The position numbers and the translations under genes are program-made. Source: Mariprofundaceae bacterium (lineage in GTDB: Bacteria > Pseudomonadota > Zetaproteobacteria > Mariprofundales > J009). Taken from it: a stretch of DNA of 36,782 nucleotides. Under the pieces are notes generated by a model. The model had not been told where the DNA came from, made no database searches, and saw nothing but the letters and a program-made list of their open reading frames with translations. Below, piece after piece: positions 26,398 to 33,956 of this stretch (position 1 is the stretch's first letter; each line of letters starts with the position of its first letter). The DNA is taken from contig WFMN01000095.1 of assembly GCA_015489095.1 (NCBI GenBank), forward strand, positions 1-36,782, written 5' to 3'.

Positions 26398-26729
26398 TGG
26401 CGCACTTCGCAGAGATTGATTCAAACAATAAAGTCATTCGGATATTGGTAGTCGCCGATAGTGTCGCTCCAGTAGGCCAAGCGTATCTAGCTGACCATAT
26501 GGGCTTAGGTGGTACATGGGTCCAAACTTCATACAACAACAATTTCCGTAAGCAATTTGCTGGAGTTGGTTACACCTACGATCCTGTAGCCGATGTGTTC
26601 ATTGCTCCGCAGCCTTATCCCTCGTGGACACTTGATGCCAACCATGATTGGCAACCTCCTACCCCGATGCCTACCGATGGCAAAATGTATCGCTGGGATG
26701 AAACAACTCTAACTTGGAAGGTGATATAA
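26397..26729 (+). CDS. Conserved phage hypothetical protein
   Basis: 110 aa. The pattern GGTWVQTSYNNNFRKQFAGVGYTYDP...YRWDE recurs in many phages. Confidence 0.5.
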   Translation: MAHFAEIDSNNKVIRILVVADSVAPVGQAYLADHMGLGGTWVQTSYNNNFRKQFAGVGYTYDPVADVFIAPQPYPSWTLDANHDWQPPTPMPTDGKMYRWDETTLTWKVI

Positions 26730-27205
26730 TGTATATCGACACCAATAAACGAAAGATTGACATAAGCCGCCCTTACACCGCCCCCGACGGTACTCGGTGG
26801 CCAAACCTTCGCAATCCAGACCTGCGCAAGAAGTACGGAATAAAGGAAATCCCTGATCCTAAGGTTGAGGATAGTCGATACTATGACATTGGCTATCTAG
26901 ATGTACCACCTTATGTGGTGAATACGCCTAAGCATTTCTATGACAAGCATACTACGGATGCTGATGGTAATGAGGTAGTCATTAAAGGCCTTAAAAGCCA
27001 GATCATCGACCGCAACACCCAAGCGATGAAAGATGCGCTTAAAGCTACCGATGCTGATGTTCTCCATGCGCTCGAACTTGGTGTACCGGTCGATCCGAAG
27101 ATTGCCAAGGAGCGTAAAGCTATTCGTGACAAGTACGGCTTAAAGCTGAAAGCCTTGCGCTCCGCCCGTAGCCATAAAGATGTTGAACTCGCTGATAAGG
27201 ATTAA
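26729..27205 (+). CDS. Hypothetical protein (possible fibre chaperone)
   Basis: The ATG at 26729 overlaps the previous stop (TAATG). 158 aa. Confidence 0.45.
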   Translation: MYIDTNKRKIDISRPYTAPDGTRWPNLRNPDLRKKYGIKEIPDPKVEDSRYYDIGYLDVPPYVVNTPKHFYDKHTTDADGNEVVIKGLKSQIIDRNTQAMKDALKATDADVLHALELGVPVDPKIAKERKAIRDKYGLKLKALRSARSHKDVELADKD

Positions 27206-27207
27206 GT

Positions 27208-27738
27208 ATGAAAGCCTTGAAGACTCTACTTATGATGGGCTTGGGCATCATCATACTACCTTTCATCCTCTGGCGCACTCCGAAAGATGTTAGTCGTCTT
27301 GCGTATCTTGATCGCTATTTTGGCAACAGCACTACTGGCATTAGGGGTGACTACAAGTGGTACCCCAAATGGGCAACAGCACAAGGCGGATTCATTGCCA
27401 AATATCCCCGCTACTACTGGCTTGCTATCCGTAATCCCGCATTCAATTATCGTTACGAAGTAATAGGCGCACACGGCACGCTACTCAAGATTGAACGCAA
27501 AGGTCGTCCTCATCAACTAGGTTCGTATCGCGTTAAGGCTTTGGTGCAACAGAGCGATGGTAAGCTAGCTGAAGTACGCTTTACTTACGGTGTTTATAAA
27601 TACCCATTCATTGATCGCTACTTCCGCTACGCCTTTGGGCATAAGCTCTGGGAGCGTGAAGCAGTGGGCGACAAAGTTGACTTAATCTACGGTATGTCCG
27701 TATTACCATTTATCGAAAAGGATACCGCTGGTGTCTGA
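27208..27738 (+). CDS. Hypothetical membrane-anchored protein
   Basis: N-terminal TM segment LLMMGLGIIILPFILW, followed by a Tyr/Trp/Arg-rich domain. No family recognised. Confidence 0.5.
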   Translation: MKALKTLLMMGLGIIILPFILWRTPKDVSRLAYLDRYFGNSTTGIRGDYKWYPKWATAQGGFIAKYPRYYWLAIRNPAFNYRYEVIGAHGTLLKIERKGRPHQLGSYRVKALVQQSDGKLAEVRFTYGVYKYPFIDRYFRYAFGHKLWEREAVGDKVDLIYGMSVLPFIEKDTAGV

Positions 27739-27749
27739 AGGAACTGGAA

Positions 27750-28049
27750 ATGAATCACACGCCCGATGACTGCCCATATACGACGAACGAAAAGGAGATG
27801 GGGGCAGTTCAAGCCGATGTTGCCACGCTCAAGAATGATACGCAGAATCTGTACAAGTTCCTCCGTGAGCACATGGATGCAGAAATCGCACGATTCGATG
27901 AGATGAACCGGCAGCTGGTCGAATCGTTTAAGGAGCGCGATAAACAGATCACCGAATTGCGCATGCTCATGGCAAAGATGCTGGGCGGTGGCATGGCGCT
28001 GATGATCGCCAGTGATTGGATCATGCGCAGCGGGGTGCTCTTCCCGTGA
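27750..28049 (+). CDS. Coiled-coil protein with a C-terminal TM segment (lysis-associated; holin, antiholin or spanin-like)
   Basis: TM segment MLGGGMALMIASDWIM at the C-terminus. The stop overlaps the endolysin GTG (GTGA). Confidence 0.4.
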   Translation: MNHTPDDCPYTTNEKEMGAVQADVATLKNDTQNLYKFLREHMDAEIARFDEMNRQLVESFKERDKQITELRMLMAKMLGGGMALMIASDWIMRSGVLFP

Positions 28050-28546
28050 TCACCTGCCTGCGCGATCAACTGCTGCGCGACGAAGGCTTGCGCCTGCGCC
28101 CTTACCTCGATACCGAGGGCAAGGTCACGATCGGTGTTGGCCGCTGCATCGATACCAATCCGTTTACCGTCGATGAGATCGCCGCCATCTGCGGCGCGCC
28201 GCTGTCGCACGATGCCGCCGTGGAGTGGATCGAGACGCGCGGTATTACACGCGATCACGCGCTGATGCTGCTCGATCGGGATATTGCAACAACCGAGCGC
28301 GCGCTGCTCGATGCGCAGCCGTGGATGGGCACTGATCTGGATGAGATTCGCCGCGCGGCGATGATCAACATGGCCTTTAATCTCGGCGTTGCTGGGGTTG
28401 GCCGTTTCCGCCGCATGCTGCTGGCGCTGCGTGGCGGGATGTGGTCGGCTGCCGCCAGTGAGATGCTGGACTCACGCTGGGCGCGGCAAGTCGGCGCGCG
28501 GGCGGAGCGGCTGGCGCGGCAGGTGGAAACAGGCGAGTGGGTGTGA
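28046..28546 (+). CDS. Endolysin, T4-lysozyme-like (GH24)
   Basis: RDEGLRLRPYLDTEGKVTIGVG reproduces the T4L E-x8-D-x5-T catalytic spacing. No N-terminal TM or SAR segment. Confidence 0.9.
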   Translation: MITCLRDQLLRDEGLRLRPYLDTEGKVTIGVGRCIDTNPFTVDEIAAICGAPLSHDAAVEWIETRGITRDHALMLLDRDIATTERALLDAQPWMGTDLDEIRRAAMINMAFNLGVAGVGRFRRMLLALRGGMWSAAASEMLDSRWARQVGARAERLARQVETGEWV

Positions 28547-28656
28547 TGCAGGGCGAGGTGATCTTTGATGGTGTCGGCGGCGCGATCATCGGTGGCATGT
28601 TGCTCGGTGAGGCTGTTGCGCTCTATTTTGTAGTGCCGTGGGCGCAGATTTTTTGA
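28546..28656 (+). CDS. Possible 36-aa membrane micro-protein (lysis cassette)
   Basis: MQGEVIFDGVGGAIIGGMLLGEAVALYFVVPWAQIF. Its ATG overlaps the endolysin stop (TGATG). Confidence 0.35.
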   Translation: MQGEVIFDGVGGAIIGGMLLGEAVALYFVVPWAQIF

Positions 28657-28754
28657 TGGCGGTAAATCTGATCATCGCGGTGCTGGTTGCACTGCTGCTC
28701 ATCGCGGCGTGGGCGGAGTGGATAATGCTGGACGATCAACAGGAGGATGAGTGA
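28656..28754 (+). CDS. Possible 32-aa single-TM micro-protein (lysis cassette)
   Basis: MAVNLIIAVLVALLLIAAWAEWIMLDDQQEDE. TGATG overlaps at both ends. Confidence 0.4.
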   Translation: MAVNLIIAVLVALLLIAAWAEWIMLDDQQEDE

Positions 28755-29323
28755 TGGATATTTGGGGCATTATCAAATCGGTGGGGGGCGCGGTGGTGCG
28801 CAATGCAGTGCCGGGCGGTGGGCTGATTGTCGATGCGGTCAACGCGCTGCTGCCAGATGATGCCAAGTTGCCGGCCGACGCAACTGGCCACGACATCAAG
28901 CAGGCGGTGAAATCACTGCCGCCGGAGCAACGCGCGGCGATCGAGCAAAAGCGGTTTGATGTAGAGATCGCGCAGATCCAGCAGGAAAATAGCACCGTGC
29001 GCGCGATGCTTGAAGCAGACACAAAGACGCCGCACACGACCCGCCCCTACATCGCGAAGGGGTCGTTTTTGGTGGTGGCGTGGGTGACGGTCACTGTGAT
29101 TGCGCTGTGGAGCTATGCAATAGCCACCGGCGATGAGGGCATGGTTTCGACAGTGATGGATGGATGGCAGTTTGTGCTGGCTGTGATCGGGCCATTGGTA
29201 ACCCTGCTTTGGGCGTATTTCGGCGTGCTCAAACACGAGCACCGCAACCGCCTCACCGCCGCCGTAGGCCATCCGCCCGCCGGCGGCTTGGGCAGCATCG
29301 TCTCCGCCCTACTCAAGCGCTAA
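28754..29323 (+). CDS. 3-TM holin-like protein (GTA-type holin family-like)
   Basis: Soluble N-terminal region, then TM-like segments GSFLVVAWVTVTVIALW and WQFVLAVIGPLVTLLWAYFGV. Adjacent to the endolysin. Confidence 0.5.
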   Translation: MDIWGIIKSVGGAVVRNAVPGGGLIVDAVNALLPDDAKLPADATGHDIKQAVKSLPPEQRAAIEQKRFDVEIAQIQQENSTVRAMLEADTKTPHTTRPYIAKGSFLVVAWVTVTVIALWSYAIATGDEGMVSTVMDGWQFVLAVIGPLVTLLWAYFGVLKHEHRNRLTAAVGHPPAGGLGSIVSALLKR

Positions 29324-29352
29324 CCGCCCGCACCACCACCACCCCCGCGCCA

Positions 29353-29388
29353 GTCATGCCGGACTCGATCCGGCATCCATCCTCCCGC
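29353..29388. repeat. 36-bp REP-like palindromic element, copy A
   Basis: gtcATGCCGGActcgaTCCGGCATccatcctcccgc. It matches the reverse complement of 35865-35900 at 35 of 36 positions. Lies just after the last lysis gene, so it may also act as a transcription stop. Confidence 0.85.
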
Positions 29389-29431
29389 CTCTCCCACACT
29401 GTATCAAAATGCCACAGCGTAAAATTTCCGC

Positions 29432-29460
29432 TTGACAACTAGCGCAGAAAGCGCTAGAGT
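29432..29460 (+). promoter_or_regulatory. Near-consensus sigma70 promoter with an embedded palindromic operator
   Basis: TTGACA (29432-29437), 17-nt spacer, TAGAGT (29455-29460). The palindrome ctagcgc-agaaa-gcgctag (29439-29457) covers the spacer and part of the -10. Confidence 0.6.
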
Positions 29461-29529
29461 ACGCACATGGCCGGAGGGTAACCGGTCAAAATCAAGGCGG
29501 CACCGGCCAACGGGGTGCAGGAGAGAAGA

Positions 29530-29871
29530 ATGAAACTGTCTGTATCTAACATAATTGAGCTGCAAGGGCTTGACCATCATGCTGCCATCGCTTTTTCCGC
29601 GGCGCTAGGTGAGCGCATGAAAGATCCCGACACAACACTGACATCCGAGGACTATCGGGCTGTCATGATCGAAATCGAACACATGATGGCCAAGGCTCTT
29701 TCGGAAAAAGACACCACCCCGCCTTTTGGCTGGGAAAGCAATTGGAAAAAAAGGTGTGACGCTCTGGCCAAGGTGCGAGAAGATGTCCACAGCCTCTTCC
29801 TCCACCTAAGCGCATGGGGAGTGGCTGATATCCCTCCCGAGGTGCAGGACTCAATGGTCGCGCCTCAATGA
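29530..29871 (+). CDS. Hypothetical protein (first gene of the accessory operon)
   Basis: SD aggagagaag before the ATG at 29530. 113 aa. No motif recognised. Confidence 0.55.
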   Translation: MKLSVSNIIELQGLDHHAAIAFSAALGERMKDPDTTLTSEDYRAVMIEIEHMMAKALSEKDTTPPFGWESNWKKRCDALAKVREDVHSLFLHLSAWGVADIPPEVQDSMVAPQ

Positions 29872-30281
29872 AGGCGTCGTTGTCAATTGAGGTGTTTGGA
29901 GACGCTGAAAACCAGCGTCTCCGCCTCTTTGAAAGTATTGCTGACCAAGTGACGCCCGGCATCGGCCGGGCGATCACCGGCGGCTATCGCCGCAAGCGGC
30001 CGTGGGTGGCGGAGATCATCGGCGTGAGCCAGAGGTATGGGTTCGAGAGAAGCTTCCTCGACCCAAAAAAAGATTATTCTCGCTCGAACGCCATCGGCAG
30101 TCGCGGCGTGCGTCTTTTTTTTATTTTGGAGTCTGGGCGCCTATATGAAATAAACGAGCAGACATCATGGCGGCGTTGGCTGCGTTGGTATGCAGTCGTG
30201 TCTGACTCCGGTGATATTGTCCATGTAAGCAAAGAGGAGGCGCATCAATGGCTAAGAGACCGCTTGGTATCGATGTCCTGA
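29868..30281 (+). CDS. Hypothetical protein (second gene of the accessory operon)
   Basis: 137 aa, ATGA overlap. No motif recognised. Confidence 0.55.
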   Translation: MKASLSIEVFGDAENQRLRLFESIADQVTPGIGRAITGGYRRKRPWVAEIIGVSQRYGFERSFLDPKKDYSRSNAIGSRGVRLFFILESGRLYEINEQTSWRRWLRWYAVVSDSGDIVHVSKEEAHQWLRDRLVSMS

Positions 30282-31456
30282 CAGCGGCCAGGCAGCGGAT
30301 AGCGAGGGTGTTCGATGACTTTCCTCGCATCTATGTGTCGTTCAGTGGCGGCAAAGATTCCTCAGTCATGACCCATCTGGTCATGGAGGAGGCACGACGG
30401 CGCGGGCGCAAAGTCGGCTTGCTGCTGGTAGATCTGGAGGCGCAATATAAGATAACTATGCAGTTCGCTGAATCCATATATGAGATGTATGCAGACTGCA
30501 TCGAGCCATACTGGATTGCGCTCCCTATTCATCTTCGCAACGCGGTCTCGCAGTTCGAGCCGCAATGGGTCTGCTGGGATCCGAATGCGAAGGATCGATG
30601 GGTGCGCAAGCCTCCGAGAATCGCCATCACGGACGAATCGCTCTTCCCATTCTTCCGTCGCGGAATGGAATTTGAGGAGTTCGTGCCGCAATTCGGCCAT
30701 TGGTACGCTCAGGGGAAGCTCTGTGCATGCTTCGTTGGAATCCGCGCCGATGAATCACTCAATCGCTATCGCACGGTATGCGGACGCAAGGCTATGTTTG
30801 AGGGGATCAAGTGGACGACATGGTGCGGTGAGACATTATATAACGCTTATCCTATCTATGACTGGCGCACAGAGGATATCTGGCGCTACCTCGGCAAATA
30901 TGACAAGCCGTATAACAAGCTCTACGACCTGATGCACAAGGCTGGCCTAAGCATTCATCAGGCGCGAATCTGTCAGCCCTATGGCGATGACCAGCGCAAG
31001 GGGCTTTGGCTGTATCACATCATCGAGCCGGAGACCTGGGGGAAGGTGGTGGCTAGGGTAAACGGTGCCAACCAAGGCGCATTGTATGCGCAAGAGACCG
31101 GAAATGTCCTTGGACGGATCAAGATAACACTTCCGCCAGGACACACATGGAAAAGCTATAGTCAGCTTTTGATGGCATCGATGCCAGATAAAACCCGTGA
31201 ACACTATGAGAACAAGATCGCCGTGTTTCTCAAATGGTGGGCAGATCGTGGCTATGCAAATGGAATTCCCGACGAAGCCCCCCCAAAAGATGAAGCTGCA
31301 AAAAAGGCGCCGTCGTGGCGTCGGATCGCAAAATCCCTGCTCAGAAACGATTACTGGTGCAAGGGGTTGTCGTTCACTCAGACGAAAAGCGACGCCTACG
31401 AGAAATATCTAAAAGTAATGAAAAAAAGGAGGGCGGAATGGCAGATCAGGATTTGA
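30248..31456 (+). CDS. IbrA-like PP-loop ATP-pyrophosphatase (PAPS reductase / DndC superfamily with a DUF3440-like C-terminal domain)
   Basis: PP-loop motif SFSGGKDS near the N-terminus. 402 aa with a C-terminal Trp/Lys-rich extension. SD aggagg. Paired with a ParB-like gene. Confidence 0.75.
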   Translation: MAKRPLGIDVLTAARQRIARVFDDFPRIYVSFSGGKDSSVMTHLVMEEARRRGRKVGLLLVDLEAQYKITMQFAESIYEMYADCIEPYWIALPIHLRNAVSQFEPQWVCWDPNAKDRWVRKPPRIAITDESLFPFFRRGMEFEEFVPQFGHWYAQGKLCACFVGIRADESLNRYRTVCGRKAMFEGIKWTTWCGETLYNAYPIYDWRTEDIWRYLGKYDKPYNKLYDLMHKAGLSIHQARICQPYGDDQRKGLWLYHIIEPETWGKVVARVNGANQGALYAQETGNVLGRIKITLPPGHTWKSYSQLLMASMPDKTREHYENKIAVFLKWWADRGYANGIPDEAPPKDEAAKKAPSWRRIAKSLLRNDYWCKGLSFTQTKSDAYEKYLKVMKKRRAEWQIRI

Positions 31457-32076
31457 TTGAACAGGCGGCGACGCTATTTGAGCAGATCGAGACCTTCGAC
31501 AACATCGACGAACGCATGGATGCGATAAACGAAATCAGGAAGGAATTGCACAAACACAGCCCGATGCGACACGAACCGGTTGATTGCGTGCTATGGGTGC
31601 AATCGGATGATGTGTGCGCAAACGACTATAACCCAAATGTGGTGGCACCGCCGGAGATGGAACTTTTACAGCATAGCATCAGGAGCGACGGCTACACCAT
31701 GCCCATTGTTGCCCATCATCTTAGTGATAGATATGAGGTGGTTGATGGTTTCCACAGACAGCGTGTTGGTAAAGAGTGCGAAGATATCCGTGATCGCATC
31801 CATGGCAGGCTTCCGGTTTCGGTAATAAAGACAGAGAGAGCCGACCGTAATGACCGCATTGCCGCAACAATCAGGCACAACAGGGCGCGCGGCAAACACC
31901 TTGTGGATGCAATGGGCGAGATTGTGAGGGATCTTGCTCGGCGCAATTGGTCTGACAACAGGATCGCCAAGGAGCTAGGGATGGAGGCCGACGAGGTTTT
32001 GCGGCTCAAGCAGATAACAGGTCTAGCAGACTTGTTCGCTGATCAGGACTTTTCCGAAGCATGGGAGGTGGAATGA
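31438..32076 (+). CDS. IbrB-like ParB/sulfiredoxin-fold (ParB N-terminal nuclease-like) protein
   Basis: YEVVDGFHRQRV and TIRHNRARGKH motifs. SD aaaggaggg before the ATG at 31438. 19-nt overlap with the upstream gene. Confidence 0.7.
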   Translation: MADQDLIEQAATLFEQIETFDNIDERMDAINEIRKELHKHSPMRHEPVDCVLWVQSDDVCANDYNPNVVAPPEMELLQHSIRSDGYTMPIVAHHLSDRYEVVDGFHRQRVGKECEDIRDRIHGRLPVSVIKTERADRNDRIAATIRHNRARGKHLVDAMGEIVRDLARRNWSDNRIAKELGMEADEVLRLKQITGLADLFADQDFSEAWEVE

Positions 32077-32396
32077 ATATTATCCACACCGCCCGCACAG
32101 CACTCGGCCTTACGCAGGCCGAGTTCGGAGCGTGGCTAGCAGAGAGGATGGGGCGCGATCGCCCCATCCCGGACTACCGCATATCGGAGTGGGAGCGCGG
32201 CGTGCGCTCCCCACGACGCAATGTGCGGGAGATATGCGCGCCAATTGCTGCCGACGAGGTAGCTAGCGATGCCGTAATCGCAGTCTGCGGCACCCTGCAC
32301 CGCGCAGGCATCGATCTGCTTGATGCAGCGCTGTCGCCGGAGATGCTGGCGACAAAAAATAAGATTAAGACCTCAATCGAGGAATTGATCTCCTAA
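32073..32396 (+). CDS. XRE-family HTH protein (last gene of the accessory operon)
   Basis: ARTALGLTQAEFGAWLA...ISEWERG. ATGA overlap at 32073. The 3-prime end overlaps the int 3-prime end (convergent). Confidence 0.6.
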   Translation: MNIIHTARTALGLTQAEFGAWLAERMGRDRPIPDYRISEWERGVRSPRRNVREICAPIAADEVASDAVIAVCGTLHRAGIDLLDAALSPEMLATKNKIKTSIEELIS

Positions 32397-33631
32397 CGCC
32401 ACTCAAACATCAACCGATCCGCCGCCGCCGGCAAATCGTCGGTGCGGAGCAGATCGAGATAGTCCGCCCAGGCCTGCATCATGCGGGCGCGCAGATCCAG
32501 ATGCTGCGCCCGGGCGTAGGCGCGGGCGACCATGTCTTTTCCTGCATGCGCTAGCTGGCGCTCGATCGCCTCGGTCGGCCAGCCATGCTCGGACAGCAGC
32601 GACCGCGCCATCGCGCGGAATCCATGCGCGGTCTGGATTGTACCATCGTAGCCGATGGTGCGCAGCGTGGCGTTGTAGGTGGCGTCCGACAGCGGTTTTC
32701 CCGACCGTAGCCCGGGCATCACCAGATCACGATGGCCGCTCAACTCCTGCTGCGCGCGCAGGATCTCTACCGCCTGCCGCGATAGCGGCACGATGTGGTC
32801 GCCGCGCCCTCGGATTTTGAGGCGCGCCGCAGGGATCGTCCACCGCGCCGCGTCAAGATCCACTTCGCGCCACTCCATGTGCCGCAGCTCGCCCGGTCGC
32901 ACAAACAGCAGCGGCAGCAGGCGCATGGCGCAGACCACCGCAGGATGCCCCTCGTAGCCATGGATCGCCCGCATCAACCCGCCGATCGCGGCAGGGTCGA
33001 GCAGCGTGGCGCGGTGTGTCACCTGCTCCGGCTCCAGCGCGCCGACCAGCGAGGCAGTGGGGTCGGTATCAATCAGCCCGCTGGCAATGGCAAACCGCAT
33101 CACCCGCCCGACGATCGCCTGCACGCGATGGGCGGTGTGGTGGTGTCCGGTGTGCTCGATGCTGCGCAGCATCGCCAGCACGATGTTGGGGCGGATCTCG
33201 GTGATGAGTGTGTCGCCGATCACCGGCAAGGCGTGCGTGCGCATGCGGGAGCGGATCTCGCGCACTGTGCGCTCGGAGAGGTTGCGGCCGCGGTGGGTGA
33301 GGTAGTCGTCAAAAGCCTGGGCAAATGTCGGCACGCCATCGCGCCCGCCCTGCTCGATGGATTCCGGCGCGTGTCGAGGGTCGATTCCATTGCGGATCAA
33401 CTCACGCGCGATTGCCCGCTTGTTTCGCGCCTCCCGAAGGCTGACCTTGGGGTAAGAGCCGAACGACATCTCATGCCGCCCGCCCGCGAGGCGGTAGGAC
33501 ATGTACCAATACTTGCCGCTGTGATTGATGAGGAGGAAGAGACCGTCGCCATCGGTAAGCTTGATCTTTTTCTTGCCTGCCGGACAGACCGACTTACGGC
33601 AGCGCATCTCGGTGAGCATACCATCAGCCAC
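32393..33631 (-). CDS. int: P4-type tyrosine integrase (DUF4102-like arm-binding N-terminal domain)
   Basis: N-terminus LTDGDGLFLLINHSGKYWYMSYRLAGGRHEMSFGSYPKVSLREAR. Catalytic RPGELRHMEW, HGFRAMARS and LAHAG...ARAY. Confidence 0.9.
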   Translation of the reverse strand: MADGMLTEMRCRKSVCPAGKKKIKLTDGDGLFLLINHSGKYWYMSYRLAGGRHEMSFGSYPKVSLREARNKRAIARELIRNGIDPRHAPESIEQGGRDGVPTFAQAFDDYLTHRGRNLSERTVREIRSRMRTHALPVIGDTLITEIRPNIVLAMLRSIEHTGHHHTAHRVQAIVGRVMRFAIASGLIDTDPTASLVGALEPEQVTHRATLLDPAAIGGLMRAIHGYEGHPAVVCAMRLLPLLFVRPGELRHMEWREVDLDAARWTIPAARLKIRGRGDHIVPLSRQAVEILRAQQELSGHRDLVMPGLRSGKPLSDATYNATLRTIGYDGTIQTAHGFRAMARSLLSEHGWPTEAIERQLAHAGKDMVARAYARAQHLDLRARMMQAWADYLDLLRTDDLPAAADRLMFEWR

Positions 33632-33956
33632 GGCAACACCTCCAAATCGCAGTGGTGGGTAAAAAAATCGCGGAAGGCCGATTACCCGCCAATTTTACCC
33701 ACCACCCCCTGCGACAGTATGCGACAGCATGCAACAGATTAGCCCCCGATTTGGGCATAAATCGTTGAGTTGCATGCTGATTGCGACGATATGCAACAGC
33801 ATGCAACTCACTACTGGTGCCGATGACTGGTGCGGGAAAAATCATCATATCATGCTGATATAGTGAGGAATGTGGGCGTTTTCGTTTTCAATTTTACCCG
33901 CCAATTTTACCCACCGCCCGAGCGACACGGGATGCGAAACCGGTTCGGTTCCGGAT
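33632..33956. other. attP-like recombination/regulatory region upstream of int
   Basis: 22-bp direct repeat ttacccgccaattttacccacc at 33682-33703 and 33894-33915, built from caattttaccc(g/a)c-type units. Decamer arrays and a 14-bp inverted repeat lie in between. There is no convincing ORF. Confidence 0.55.
33711..33812. repeat. Two clusters of three tandem 10-bp units GC(G/A)AC(A/G/T)... plus an inverted 14-mer
   Basis: gcgacagtat gcgacagcat gcaacagatt (33711-33740). gcgacgatat gcaacagcat gcaactcact (33783-33812). tgagttgcatgctg (33766-33779) is the reverse complement of cagcatgcaactca (33797-33810). Confidence 0.8.
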
